Shown: positions 1 through 14,116 of the stretch, one piece after another
Layout: each line of letters begins with the position of its first letter
How positions within the stretch are numbered: the stretch's first letter is position 1
Assembly: GCA_010015585.1 (NCBI GenBank)
Contig: ML975150.1
Length of the DNA stretch: 64,000 bases
Source: Eremomyces bilateralis CBS 781.70
Taxonomy: Eukaryota
Direction: 5' to 3' (one strand)
Position numbers and translations under genes: made by a program
Notes under the pieces: generated by a model
What the model saw: the letters and a program-made list of their open reading frames with translations, nothing else
What the model was told of the DNA's origin: nothing
Databases searched by the model: none

Positions 1-1234
1 GAGCGAAAAAGAGCGGGGCGCCGGGCGATCGTTGCGGCGGAAGTCGTGTTATGTACGCGACGAGGGTGGTGGGGACTGGGGAGGCGGCAGGCTGGTGCGG
101 ACGGATGGTTCGGGAAAAAAGGTGGCGATGGATGCCTGGACTCTAGTCGCCTATCTGTCTTCCTTCCGTTGCTTGTTCTACGGAAAAGGAGATTTAATGG
201 ATGGAGAATTATCGGGAAAAGAGATGTTGATGTTTGTTGTTTGTTGGAGGAAGAGGGAAAATGGTAGAGGGAATTTAATGGGGAATCATGGGAAGTGAAG
301 AAGGAAGGAGCAAGCGATGCAACTGCAGAGGCGGAGGGTCGTGTGTTGTGAGGGTGAGTGAAAAGTGAACTCATGTGGCAATCGCCATTCGCTGCTCCTG
401 CCCAGAGAAAGTGTTGTTGCCACAAACAGCAGTGGCCTGAATGCCTGATTGCCTGATCTAAGTCTGGGACCGAGAATACTGTTGACGATTATTAGAATTC
501 CCAGTAAAGGACCGGAGTGCAATGAAGAAGTTAGCACAAAGGTGCCTGTATGATCAATGGCAGAATAGACTGAAGCCAACGATCTTATATGCCAGTGTGA
601 ATAATAAGAGTCCAACTACACGCTTCTTTAGAGGGATATCATGCCCCTGGGGTGAGCCGAATAGTCAAGATAGCCTCCATCCATTATGTTTCCATTATGT
701 TTCGCTCATCACCAGTAAATACATACGTTAATCATATATACAATTCATCCTCCCCAAGCAATCGGGCAATTAATCAATAACAATCGTAATAGGAAACCTC
801 CACACCCTCGCCCCCTCCCTCCAAACATGCATATGAACCGACAAACCATGGCCATCCCCCCCAGCGTACAGTCAGGACCAAAGAAGCTCCTCAACTAAGG
901 TCCTCATCCCGCCACCCCATATACCCACAAGCAGACTGACAACAGCAAACCCATCGCCGCGCTTGTAAGTAGCAGATCGCGCGCCGAAAGGAAGAGAAAC
1001 AGCCCGAAGCAGACGTAGTATCCGAAGAGCGGAGGATCGGATCTATGGAGAGAGTGGAAGGCAGTTAGTCGTCTGTGTGGCATCAAGCTCTTCATCTTCC
1101 GCTCCCACCTTCCTCGTTATCGACCCTCGGAATGAATTCGGACAGCCTCTTATTCTGCTCTTGGGGCGGTGTGCGGGGAGGCTAGCAATATCGACTCCGT
1201 GCCCGTCTACGTCCACGCTTTGTCTTTGCTGTAC

Positions 1235-4200
1235 CTACAACGACGTCTTCACCCCTCCCTCTCTCTCGCTCGGGCTCATCACCCCTTCTTCGTGCTCCTC
1301 AGACTCTACATCCCCCCCTAACGTCTCCTCTGATGCATCCTCTTCTCCACTAGCCGCATCCTTCCCCTTTCCGAAATCGATGGCCCGAAACTGCATGCCA
1401 CCAGGCGGCGAGCAAACCGGCTCCGCCTCTGCCGCTGGCGACTCTTCTACTGGCGGGTCTTCTGCTGGCGACTCTGCCGCTGGCGATTCTTCGGCTGGCG
1501 ACTGTTCTGCACCGACTGACGCTTGTCCCTCCACAGCACTCGTCCCCGTATCCTTAGTCCCAGTAGTTGTAGTTGTATCTGCACCCGTCTCCGCAGACTC
1601 CCTTCCTTCCGCCTCGACCGTCCCGTCACCCGGCATCGCGCGCTGCGGAATCTCCTTCGACGACTCGGACGGATGGCGGAGATGTTCGAACTCGAGGAGC
1701 GACGAGCGACGAAGTTGTTCGAGTTGTTGGTCGGGGTTCTTGAAGGAAGCGGGGATGGTTAGCGAACGTTCGGTACGATAGGGAGGGTTGATTCAAGGTG
1801 CGGATGGAGGAGAACGGGCAGCGAGCGAACAGGGGAAGAAGGGGAACAAAGTAGACGCAGAGTATGGCATTAGTATGCGGATATGATATGGATGCGCTAG
1901 ATATAATAACAGGGTGAATGAAGGGATCAAATATGGCCGCTCCTAGATCGTTGCACAGTGGAGATCAGCAGCCTACTAGCCCTTAAACAATGCCGCCGCC
2001 GCCGACGATAATTTGATTTCCCCTTTCTCTCACCCACAGACAGTCGTCGCTGGTTCCACGACCGTAGTGGTCGAAGGAACCCCCGGTACTACACCCGGCC
2101 TCTGTCTATACTGTAGATGCCGTGGTAGCGGCGGCGGTATGTTCCAACCGGGATCTGACCTCCCTACCGTGCCCATTTCAAATTGCCGCCACCCAGGCCG
2201 CGAAGGACGAGGAGAAGACGCAACATTGAAAGCACGAGGATGCTGAACACTGGGAAGAGGAGGGGCAGGTGATGATGAAAGTTGTGGTTGTGCAGGTTGT
2301 ACAGGTGGTGGTGGTGATGATGGTGAAGAAACAACAGCAGTAACGCTCTCAGACGCGGCATACGCATCATCAAACGCACGACGAACAGACTCGCTCATGA
2401 ATCGCCGCGGGTCCCGGGTTCCGAACCCGCAGCGTGGACATACCCATTCAGCCTGATCCGGCACCCCCTCTGCCATCGGCAACTCCCCTGCCGCATCCCG
2501 CTCCTCCCCCCAAAACATCGGCCGGCGGATCGGCGCCGGCGTCACCGGCAGTGACGGTCGTTCGATCGCGGACGGGAAGTCCGTGAGGATCAGGCTCTCG
2601 CGTCGGGTCGGGTCGGATTGCTGGGCGATGGGGGAGAGGAGCTCCTCGATGGCGCCGGGCGCTGGTGCGGTGGAGGGGGACTTGATCCCCCGGCGGGCTT
2701 GTGCCTCCATGACGGCGCGGACGTACCGGTCGATGCCGGCGACAGAGTCCCAGGCGTTGGCGGTGGGGGCGAAGGGTTGGGTGGAGTATTCGTCGGGTTC
2801 GGTGGGTTCGTGGGTAGGGGAGGGTTCACGGCCGAATTTTTCGTATGAGAAGGATGGGGCCAGGTCGGACTCTGGTTCAGGTTGGGGTGGGGTGGGTAGG
2901 TCGTCAAGGAACACTCGCGTTGGCTTCGGGGTTTCGCGGCCCATCTCCCATGGGAAGATTGGCTTGGGTTTCTCCTGAGTTTTCGGTTTGGATTCGGGTA
3001 CCTGGTACCACATATCTTTTGGAGGTTCCGGATATGATGAGGGTGGTTGGAATAGCGATTGTTCGTCACTAAAGGTATATACCTGGTTTGGGAAATTCGC
3101 CGCTTCCGGTTTGGATTCTGGAGGAGGTGCGTTTCTAAAAGGTGGATTAGCAAAGACACCTGAGTAGCTCGGAAATCCTACCTGGTAGCATCCCATTCCG
3201 CATGAGGTGCGCTGAAACGACGTTGCTCGACGGTTGGAGTTGGTTGCGTGACTCCTTGCTCGATGTTCTCCGCAGGCTCTCCAGGCTCCGTCATAGGCAC
3301 TTCTGTGGCCGGCGTTTCAGGCGTCGTGGTCGGTGCTGCACGTACGACGGTTGTCGGGATGTGATCGGTGTATCCGAGAGCAGGGTGCTCGAAACCGGTA
3401 CTCCTATCTCCTTTTTCAACTTCTTGTTCAACTTTTTGTTCAACTTCTTTTTCAACATGTGGTTGGGCAGTTGGTGGTCGGGCAATTGGTGGTTGGGCAG
3501 CTGATGTCTGGGTCTGGACGACTAACTCCGAGGCAGATTCCTTCAAATGCCGGTCATGCACCGCCCACCATCGAGCCAACAACTCGCTATACACACCACT
3601 ACCCTGGTTCCTGGCCTTAGTCCAAGGTTTGTTCTTGCCGATGAAGTGAACCATGCTAATATGGCTCTTGTAGTGCCTGTACGCAGGTTCCCACTGGTAC
3701 TCGGCATTTGGCGTGCAATTGTATGTGAAGCTGAGTCGATGCCACTTCTTGTGCTCGTAGTACTGATTGAGCAAGCCCTGATCCGCGCCATCGAAGCTGT
3801 CTCCGCTCGATGCCATGGTATGCAAGGCCCAGTATTCGCCCATATTCGGTGAAATGACCATGACACCGGTGTTGAAGGCGTCAGGCCAACCGATATCCGG
3901 GGCGGCGGCGAACGGAGCGTCAATGTCAAACAGTTCGTCGGGAGCTCGCAGCGCCACGACATCGGCATCGATGTACACGATCTTGCGGAACCGTGTCTGG
4001 CGCCAAAGGGCAATCTTGGTGAAGGTGAACAATAGGTCCGGGCGTCCCATTAAATAGAGGTTGGAAGGGGTGGGATTGGCGGTTCGTTCGACGGGTATTA
4101 AGTAGTCATAAAGGCTCTAAGAAGTGCGTTAGCCGGAGCCATGGAGGCATTCCTTGAGTCTGTCATACATCAAGCTTTGATATTGTGTCCGCTGCCAGCG

Positions 4201-4459
4201 TGTCGAGGGTAATTAAGCAAGCCAGCTTCTTCGTCGTGCCCGCATCTCGCAAGGAATGGGCTAGAACCGCCGCTCCTGATATATTCTTTAGCCAACACTC
4301 TCGGCAACGTGGATCAATTCATCATACCTGGCAAGTAGGAGTCGGACATAACCAACTGCATCGGTCATCAACGTCAGCTATTTCATGCTCAATCCGAATC
4401 TTCTCATCAAAGCGAGCAGCTCATACCGTGCAGTAGACATCTTCTCCGGCGCCCGCCAT
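1235..4459 (-). CDS. Glycogenin (glycosyltransferase family 8), multi-exon; spliced form ends in an acidic last exon 1738..1235
   Basis: ATG at 4459 (MAGAGEDVYCT), then a 28-nt exon LVMSDSYLPG and AAVLAHSLRDAGT. GT8 core FTKIALWRQTRFRKIVYIDAD..., FNTGVMV, SFDGADQGLLN, HFIGKNKPW (ORF 3178..4050) and fungal glycogenin tail PIFPWE...WDSVAGIDRYV (ORF 2030..3196). GTATGT donor at 2443 joins in frame to an acceptor at 1739 (GCTAAC branch). Confidence 0.9.
1427..1510 (-). repeat. Imperfect 15-nt coding tandem repeat (EQSPA/EESPA/AESPA) in the glycogenin last exon
   Basis: Repeated GCTGGCGACTCT-like units on the + strand; translation EQSPAEESPAAESPAEDPPVEESPAA. Confidence 0.7.
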
Positions 4460-5633
4460 GCTGCACCTCAGCTAAACGACGTCAAAGATATATGTAACAA
4501 AAAACGACGACGTTGAACCTGCATCCACCAAAACTCAAAAGCGGGCAACAGCCGTCTCTTGTCCGGTTTATGGGCGAGGGGCTCGTGAGACAATTCGCCG
4601 ATCCCCACGATGACGGCAATACAACAACACTCCTCGTGCTGGAGGGTGGGTCGGTGTCGTTGCAGAAAGCAATTAGCAGCGCACACAGCGCTTCGACTCG
4701 ACAGCTTCCCCGCGTTCAAACGAGGATCTGGCTTGCTAGAGGCCAATCACGCAGGCGACGTCATGCAGGAGGGTGACACCGAAAGGGGGAATGAAAAGCG
4801 ACGGAACAACGATGGCATCCCTCCGATTCTTCCCTTCTTCATAGGGACTTAATATGATTGATATTGTTGAGAATGGAGGAAGAATTTTAATATCAATCCG
4901 TAGAGGAAAGAAACGTTGAGTGGTGGGACACAGCTGCCCCCATTGCCATGGCATCCATCATCCATGATCATCGGTCCATCCCGCTTCGTTCAATTAAATC
5001 GGCGTGCGGACCACATTAAGAACCTTGCGGAGATGCTGGTTGTTGACACTTGACAGGGGAATGAGTGCCGCCAATAACGGTCGTAGCTGGGAACATGCAT
5101 CGTGAATTTCGTGGTGCGTTCCTCCACCTCCACCAAGCCAAGGACGGAAGCAAATGACATGAACCACAAATTGCACCAGGTCATTCAACATCTCTATCGA
5201 GAGAAGTCTGCCATGTACGGCAGCTCAATTGCTGTATACATAATACAATGGAGAAATGTCAAAATCATCATCGTAATCAAACAATAAGTCGAGGTGGTAA
5301 ATACACAAGAATTGGGGTGGCGTCAAACCGAAACAATAGATTCGCCAACGAGCTCGTATCACCAGGTTGTGTACCAAACTGCGTCTCTTCGATTCCCTCG
5401 GAATTCATACATGGTTGCAACGTACATGTAATACCGCTATCTCTATCCGTGTGAGTGGGATAGGAAATCGTTACGCCGAAAATACCCGTCCCTGAAGCTA
5501 GCAATGTCATCGATGATATCGTACAGACGTAGTCTCATAACCTATTCGCGTCCAGGGAGGCAAGAACCCATATGAACACCACACAACGAGTGTCGCTGTT
5601 CAATCATCTGTGCCAGATCCCTTAAAAGTTCCA

Positions 5634-7197
5634 TCATTTCTCAATGGCGACCTTGACATGATCCATCCTGCTTTTGCTAGACAAAACCTCACTCAACTTC
5701 CCCCTCTTCTCTCCGCCCACCGCCCACGCAACCACCTCCACCAACACCTCTCTGCACCCCTCCTCTATCGGCGTCCAGTGCCCCACCCCCTTCACCTGCA
5801 CCACCTGACTCCCCTTGGCCGACATATAATCCCCCATACCCTCCAAGTTCAGCCGCGAATCCAACGCCGGATCCTCCATCCCCCACACTACCGTCGACGA
5901 CTGCATAAGCGCGCCCACCGGCCCTGTATTGAACAAACCCCCACAACTCCCCCCCGCTGACGACGATCGCGTCCGCGCTTCCTCCAGTTGCTCCAGCTTC
6001 CACATCGTCTCCAGCGACTTCTCCCACGGACCAGAAAACAACCCCTCACGATACAACCGGATCCTCGTCGCCCATCCGCCCGTGCGAGCTCGCGCTTTCA
6101 CATCCGGTCCATACGTGTGCGTCGGATGCCCTCCCTCCACCACCACACACTCCGCCTCGCCCGGTCCAACCGTCTCCGCCAGCGCCTCCGCGCCCTTCGG
6201 CCCGGGAATCCGCGGCGACTTTTGTGAGTGCGCGGTGGCGCTCAGGAAGCGGAAGAACGAGAAGTCGCCGATGCAGCCGACAGAGGCAGCGAGGGGCATG
6301 GGGAGACGGAACACGAAGATGTACCAGGATTTGAGGATCTGGGAGAGGATGGGGAGGAGGTTGGCGAAGGCTTTGCGGAGGAGGGAAATGGAGCGGGGGG
6401 AGCGGGTCCAGGTTTTGAGCATGAGTTTGGCGGAGGCGACACGGGAGATGACGTTGGAGAGGGTGAGGCTGGGCTGGGGGTTGTTAGCGTGGGAGGTCCC
6501 GAACATACGTAGATGGGAGAGGGGACATACGTGAATGCTGTTGGTCATGATGAAGCGGTCTGCCAGCTGCGGTGCCTCCGACGCAAGACGGAACGCAATA
6601 ATTGCGCCCCAATCATGAGCCACAACAATCACCTGGCCGTCTCTGTTGTCTCCGGACGTGTTTCTCAAATAGATGTCCCGCATCTTGACGATAAACTGCG
6701 ACACAGCCTCCAAGACGCTGGTGGCATTGTACCGATCCAAACCATCGCTTCCACCAGATCCCGGGACATCGACAGCGATCAGAGTCGCATCGTACAGCAT
6801 CTCCGAAGTGAGCTGATGCTTCCAAACGGCCCAGGAGTCGGGGAATCCGTGGATGAAGATCACGATGTTCGAATGGCGGGGCTTGTTGGTGGGTTCTCGG
6901 ATGACGTAGTGCAGTCGGAGGCCGTGGTTCAAAGTACAGAACTGGTGCTTAAGCCCGAATGGTTGCTTGTTCAGTGACCAGAGGTTATTTCTTGCTGCCA
7001 TAATAAATTAGTAAGAACTAACCACCTGGGGATATGCTGCGCGGACTCTCACCATCGGCTAGTTCCTCTCTCTCATGCGGCTTCGCCCGTCGAAACATTT
7101 CTCCGGTTAATATCGTGACCAAGGAGATCATCGACAGACCGTATAAGCCATAGCACAGCTCGAAAGCTGAAGTTACGAAGCAAAGTAAGGTCATCAT
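5634..7197 (-). CDS. Alpha/beta-fold hydrolase (epoxide-hydrolase-like) with N-terminal hydrophobic segment
   Basis: HGFPDSW oxyanion motif, AHDWGA nucleophile motif and C-terminal GHW in ORF 5634..7001. Upstream exon from ATG 7197 (MMTLLCFVTSAFELCYGLYGLSMISLVTIL) is spliced GTGAGA...CAG into ARNNLWSL. A second, in-frame intron lies near 6480-6530. Confidence 0.85.
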
Positions 7198-9199
7198 GAA
7201 GCTTGCTCAATCCAACCACGATCAATTCGATCCGCTTGGATTCAATGAGAGTCGTTGATCGTGTGTAGGTTAACCCATCGGTCTCAATGATCTTCAGCGC
7301 ATGGATCAAGAAGAAGAAGTCCGGTAAACTATAGGATCTTCCCGTCGCGTACACAGCAAAGCAGGAGTGGTAGCGACTGCCTGGTAGAAGTGAATCGCTG
7401 TCCAGAGTTGGCGTGTGAAAATGCTCCGAGCTGCCAGAGGGGCAGGTACGGATCCTCGTCGGCTCACATGAGCATAACACTGTGGCTACACGGGATCGGG
7501 ATGTGTGACGGCCAATTTTAAGGGGGAACTATGGTCCATGTACGAGAGGGGGTTGGGTAATGACTTGTTCGTAGAGCCAGGGATCATCATTATCATTTTC
7601 GGTGAGTTTCACAATATGGCCTGGACTCTGGAGACGACACGACGATAAGGCTGAGGTGAGGCTGAGGCAGAGGCTGAGGCGTCGGTGAGGCAATCAGGCT
7701 GAAACAACCTACATGTATTGGGTGCACGTGACACAGTCCCAGGGCATGGAGCCATGGACAGCATGGTCGCATGGACGCACGCATGGAGGTTATCTCAGCA
7801 AGCTCAGACGGTAAGGGCACGCGTAGTTGAACTTTTGAGGAGATTCCAGTCGAGAATTTTGGTGGGATTTAGTGCACCGTAGGGGCCAAATCCGCTCTTT
7901 TGACCTACGCGCCCCCAGCGACCACCAAAATGCTCCCTCAGACGGCATCTGAAATATGTCTGCACCGCCACAAGCATCTTGCAGATCCCGTCTGAGTACA
8001 CACATACGATACTAGTCACGTGCATAATTTATGCCTAAGGCAGTAACACTGGAAGACAGAATGCTTGCAGTGGTGTCTTAGCACTCTTAGGTATGTAGTT
8101 ATGAGGCCATTGTTGACAGACTGAATTTCATGTTGACGAATCTGACAACCTTCACTTCCATTCAAAACCCAACCTCGATACTACAACCTACGTTTTGGTC
8201 CTATTGTTGATCGTGTAAGGATATCAACCCTGTCAATTCGCTTTGAACTCCGATATGAGTGCCATTGGACAAGGCTGGCAAAACTCCTTGAGCCTCATGA
8301 AGAGTTGGGCCAGTTGTAGATGAACTACCAAATACCCAAATCTCCTAGTTAATCGTAGCTTTCAACTAATCGTACAGTACTGGGATCTCATCTCAAGGAT
8401 CCAAAGTGTCATTTCTCATTCGTCTTCCATTTGAGGTCTCGAAAAGTGGTTATGAACCTTAATTCCTCTCCTATTGTTCTCTCCTCTCCTTCTTCTCTCC
8501 CATTACTCCAGTTCTCTCGTTCCTCTCATTCTCTCCCACTCCTCTCATTCTCTTTTACCTCCCTAGGTCTCTCCCATCGCTCCAAATTTTCCCCAACATC
8601 CCAGTTCTCGCAGGATTGAAAAAGGACCCGAACAAGTTGCTGGTCGGAACGCTTGCTGAATCCGAAGAGAAGATAATGAAGTGTAGGGAGATTCTCGATT
8701 CTCCTACCTGAGGGAAGAGGAGAAGGCAGCGGAGATGGGCGCAACACTTGCTGGATCATCAGGGCCGATGCGCGTTGCAAGGGCTTTAGGGAATCTGGCC
8801 TGTCCAACTCAACTGGGAGAGTTGAGGGAGATGGATTTAGCTGGCTCTGCGTCGCCTACGTCGCAGTCATCTGGGCAAGGCGAACCGGACCATGGAACTG
8901 GTAAAGGATATATTGGAGTATATGTTATACGCCCGGTGGTTAGGTGGGCAGAGCACATTTTCGGCTCATATTAATAAGAAAGCATCGATGTTAAAGGCTC
9001 CAATGCCCTTCATGCCCAGCCTTGTGTGGCAAATATTCTATTGCGACTTGAGCAGACGCTCTTGATTATGAACTACCGGCATTGTGGACATACACATAAT
9101 GACGCTCTGGTCTGACTGGTTTTGAATGTCAATTTATCTACAGAAAGGCGTCTAGGTTTGTGACCTGCAAAGCCTTCTATCCGCTCCCTGACTTCGGGA

Positions 9200-9888
9200 C
9201 TATATCCGACCTGTTGGCGGTGGTGACACTGGTCCCCTGCGGTGTTTCTCGGGAATTTCGGATTTCTTGGCCAATTTAAAGTCTGGAAGCCAGTGCGACT
9301 TGGTTTCAATGTATTGTTCTAAGTGATGTCAGTCGAATCAGTCCACGTTCCTGCTGTGAAGTGCTCGCAGCCAGCTGGTTTCATCGAAACTAGTTACCTT
9401 TATTCGGCCGCCACGTCTCACTTGATCCATCCATCGAACCCACTGAAACGGATACAATTTGTTCATTCAGTGGCGTCAGCGAGAATAAAGCGCCGCCGCA
9501 GTCGCCGCAGAAGTGCCGGAACAGTGGCTTCGTGGAGTCGGTTGCGCCGTCTCTGTACTGCTTGGGTATGCCTGCAACGATCTCGAAGCTCTAGATTGAA
9601 TTCAGGATTAGTCTACCCATGACTTGGAGTGGAGAGTGGTTTAGGATTAGTGCCCTAGCTGTAGGTGCTGTGCATAACGGCTCTGAAGAGGCTGGTATGG
9701 CAAACAGACAGCAGACAAGGGCAAAGACAGGATAGACGCACCGCTTTGGGATAGATGCTCGCACACTTAATCAAGCTTCCGCTGGCTTTCTTGCAGTTGT
9801 CGCAGTGGCAGATGACGTTGTAGATTGGCTCCGTGCTATCAACGATAGAATAGCGCACGGCGCCACAGAGGCATCCTCCAGTTGGCAT
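9200..9888 (-). CDS. GFA / Mss4-like (glutathione-dependent formaldehyde-activating family) protein, 3 exons
   Basis: Exon 1 GGCLCGAVRY...CHCDNCKK; intron 9741..9591; exon 2 RHFCGDCG...WRPNK; exon 3 EQYIETKSHWLP...GRI* with TAG at 9200-9202. Confidence 0.85.
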
Positions 9889-12800
9889 TGTTGGATTTAT
9901 ATCAAAAAGCTCACCACGTCAATCATTTGAGGACCTTGAGAGCGGAGATATTAGATTTAATATTCAGCCACTGTATATCTACGTTCATGGGACTTTAGTA
10001 TCGCTTTGCTCACACAAGAGGATGGGGAACCTCGGTTATGGAGAAGCAGGAGAAACGCAGTATGCATCGGCTTGATGCATAGGAACATATGCATTGGTGA
10101 TAAAATACTTGATTGATATAATTAGCTACACAATCCGCCGTACCAATAAGAGATCCATGATTGCCGTCAATCCATATCTAAACAGAACCTCAGTCACAAG
10201 TCGCCTGCCGCTCCGTACTCTTTTTCGAGCTTCGGAACTGTTCAAGCATAGCGTCTACATTCCAACTCCACTGTCGCTCAAAAGTCTACAGAATATGCCA
10301 GCCATTTCGATTTGGGTGAGGGGAAGTAGCAGCAGTGGATGCGAAATTGATGGTGGTCATTTTGATGTCGATCGCGTTGGGTTTTGCTGCTTTTTTGCCG
10401 AACGTTGGCGGCCGCAGTGTAAAACCTCAACAGCACAGTGAGGCTATCTCGGGGTATTGTGTGGGTATCTTAACTACCAATATATGATTAAGGGGGGCAA
10501 TATGTAAGGTGCCGGAAGGGAGAGGTAAGTTGGTAATGACGCGGTAGGTGATAGTGAGTACTTCTAAACCATTGTGCTGCCGGTGAACCATTGATACTCC
10601 GCTCTATAGAACCGCCTGAATGACACCTGGAATCTCGTCCATGCCGTACTTGCATTGGCTGCAAGGCTGGCGTCTGCAATCCAGCCACCGTCCATTTGAT
10701 AGATGATCAATTGATTCATACTTTGGACCAGGTCGTTGCCTCTATTGATTGTGTCCACCAATCGCGCATTCAGGATGGCCCCGGGGAAGCAAACATCCTC
10801 GATGAGATAGCTGAGCTTGCCCAGTAGCGGAGTCAGATATTCGGGACGTTGCACCCTCAACTTTGCAGTTTACATGGCGGCATTTCCAGAGCCTGGATAC
10901 ATTGCAGAGGTTGCTTCCGCACCATTGCTTGAAGGTATCACCCCCACTGACTCGTCCCCATGCGTCAAGTGTGCACTGTTGTTCCTGAAATCGAGGGCGT
11001 AGGCTAACTGCTTCCATACTCCCCCCAATCCCTGCTGATAAACAACTGCTGCCGCGTTTGTTCGGATTGTTCTCTATAGCTAGCTCATTCCAAGCGCTAA
11101 CGATTCTCTCGCAGGTTCCGATGAACTTGTTGACTAAGGTACCAGGAGCGGTGCGAAGCTAGGTTTCAACTGATTTAGGAAGAACCTTCGAAACGAACGG
11201 AAAGTAACGACGCAATAGAGGCGTGTTGGACAGTATAAAAACGATGGAATCGTTGTACCTATTCCTCGCTTCTCTAGACAAAGTTGGCCTTCTAGGCCAT
11301 TCGAATGGCCTCTTCTATCTCCTTCCCCATAAGAAATCATAGGGGAGAAACATCTGACGTTTGTCGAAGAAGTTTCCGGCCTCTGGCCCAAAAGTATGGA
11401 ATCAGGATTACGAGTGGATGGCAAATAGAATATCCGTCAGGCGAGGATGTCGGAGTGCCAATAGATGTTACTATAGCCCCCCTGGCAGTTCTGAAGAGAG
11501 AATTGTTAATATTCTTGGTGTAGTTGAGGTTACACTGTAGCCAATTGCACGAGCGAAACAGGCGAAATGCCAGATATATACGAGACTCTGCGCGAGGACA
11601 AACATAGGGGATGACGCTTGGCTACAACTCTAGAAGGTGATGAATAGTATGAGAACTGGGAGGAGAGCAAAGTCGTCGGAAAGAAGAAGCAGCGCATATT
11701 ATATTCTGCAAGAGGTATAATGATGATATGCTAGGCGAGGATTTACGTCATCGCCCGATGCCATGTCAAACGTAATGGAATGGAAACGGCACGCAGCAGA
11801 TTAGCTGGAAGAGCGTTTGACTGTAGCGATAGATCAACTCTGACAAATATGATATTGGACTAAATGAGTTGTGATAGACTGGAGACGAAGGCATGGAAGT
11901 ATAGTATCTCCAAAAGCTGGACTGGCGACACGGGCCAAAGTGCTTGAAAGGTCCGGGTGTTCTAGCCTCGTTCACATTTATGCTATTGATCCGACTTGCC
12001 TATTCAAGTAGGAAGCAATAAGAGACCTCAGTTTTAAGCTATCCTTGAAGACAGGATGAGCGTCTGATTGACTTAAAGCTTGTGGCCAGGCATGCTGCTG
12101 ACAAAAGCTCCGACATCAGTGCAGCATAACCTGTCAAATTTCCATGGACAAGAGAAACGGTAACGCGCAATTCTGCCGTGTATTATTCCGTATTGCCGTG
12201 CATTTCTGCCGTGCCTTTTGAACCCAACAGCTTGTCCAATTCTAGATCGTTCATCTGATGATGATGCAGCTCCTGGCAACATGGCACTCTGACAGAATGC
12301 CAAATACTCCCATACCATGGTCGCGGATACGGACCGGAGAACCTTCGTCCAGTTAGGCATGCATTAAGGCGACCCGGCCATCCAATTTGCATGGATCTCG
12401 CATGGATGCGGCGTGTTTCGAAAGCGACAAACGAGGGTGCCACGAGCAAGGAACATGAGTTGGTGATCCCCCGTCTTGTCATTGCCTGCATACTCTCTGC
12501 ATGCATACACTCCATCATCACGGGAATGCCCCATAGCTCATGACAGCCTGTCGGTTCCCTGTGGAGGTGTCAATTGCTGGAATAAGCCAGATGTCTGACG
12601 GACAAGGAGCAGAATGACATATTTGTCATACAACAAAAGGTAAAAGAGATCGACTTGGTAGCACCCTCGGCTGTCGCAAGAGAATGTTCTGTCGCGTTTG
12701 ACAGCTGGAACCTTTGTGTGCTGGAGAGAACAAGGACTCAGGGACCGCCTTGATTGGTGCCATCCCTTGACATGGGAACACAGCTGCAGAGAACAGCGCC

Positions 12801-14077
12801 TTACGGTCTTGACGATGCGATAGGCCCGACAGCACCGAAGGCAGGCGACTTTAGTTGCAGCACACGAGTAGCATCAGCGACGACTCGAGAAACGGCGAAA
12901 GCACTGGGCCACAAGACGACCAATTGGAACTCATGGACGCTCGACGACACCGCCTGGGAGTCGGACTCTTACCGGAATGGGGGAAACCACACATGCTTGG
13001 AACCACGAAGAACCAACGTAAGCGCTCCAGGCCTCCAGCGGGAGTTCATTCATGTTAGACAGTCCAGGTTGGAACAACTTGGCGACGGAGGATACGTAGT
13101 TCGGGGATTAGATACCGCATGTGCATGCGCGATGGAGAGATCCTAACCTCGGGGCTCATCACACTGCAGGACGAGCCGCAAGGAAAATTGAATCAACGAC
13201 CGCTGCCCTTGGTCAGAATTGAAGAGAGAGTGCGGCACAGAGGCACGAGGATACACGGATCCAGTATGGGAAGACGATTGTGATTGATAAAGGCGTCATT
13301 GTGGACGGTTTAACGTAATGGTCTAGCATAGGGACGTATCCGTACCAAAGTAGCCTGTACCAGAGTAATAGCAACGCAGTAGATGTCCGTCCCGCGTGGC
13401 TGCAGTAAATACAGTTAGACGACGATTAGACGACCCGCGCTGTTGAGAGTCTAAAGCCAAAAATCCGGCGAATTTCTTGATATTTCATACTATTGTCCAC
13501 TCCACTCCTCTTAGACGCAGCCGTAAGTCCTATTAGTTATCAGTCTGGATCGCTTCGCCGCTCATCCCTCCTGCCCCACGTCTCTCCAGTCCCCAGTCTA
13601 CACGATCGCCAGTCGCTTAAAGTCCCAATCCTCTGCCCATTGCTCAATCGCCGCAATTCTCTGCAGGAATCCCTAGGTAGCTGCGTTCCCGGACTGACGG
13701 CTGTTTCCTGCTCCTCTCCAATTGCCGGACTGACGACTGTTCCTCTCTTTCTCTCTCGTCCATTGATTAATAGGGCTCCTGAAGGCTGAAGAAACCTCTC
13801 CAACCGAGCGAGCCCCCCAGAAGCCCATCAACCATCACCTCTGCAACCGAAACATTCACACGGAAAGCCCAAGGTCCTCGGAACGGCATTAGGATTCCCG
13901 CACATATCCCTTCCCCTCCACGACAACCATTGGCGTCTTCCGCGGCGTCCGACAGGAAGAACAAACATCAGACAAGCCTTTCGGCCCCAAGGTACGTGTC
14001 GAAGGATCAGCAGAACACGTCTCAAATCCTTTGGTTACAAAGGAGCTATACGCCGCGTCTCATATCATACATATGCC

Positions 14078-14116
14078 ATGCCCAAATGCCCAAATGCCCA
14101 AATGATGCCCAATGCG
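14078..14116 (+). repeat. Short (ATGCCCAA)n minisatellite upstream of Rsr1
   Basis: catgcccaaatgcccaaatgcccaaatgatgcccaatgc read directly from the sequence. Confidence 0.6.

Noticed and set aside
904..1095. Small hydrophobic 63-aa ORF downstream of glycogenin
   Set aside because: It lies in the probable 3' UTR, starts at a non-ATG codon and matches no family I recognise.
8431..8830. CT/GA-rich tract with an Arg/Glu-rich ORF on the minus strand
   Set aside because: Low complexity, interrupted by stops and without a recognisable domain; it cannot be told apart from intergenic DNA.
10130..11700. Overlapping minus-strand ORFs with several Cys and Trp residues
   Set aside because: No coherent gene model or motif could be assembled. 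A degenerate gene is possible but unsupported.
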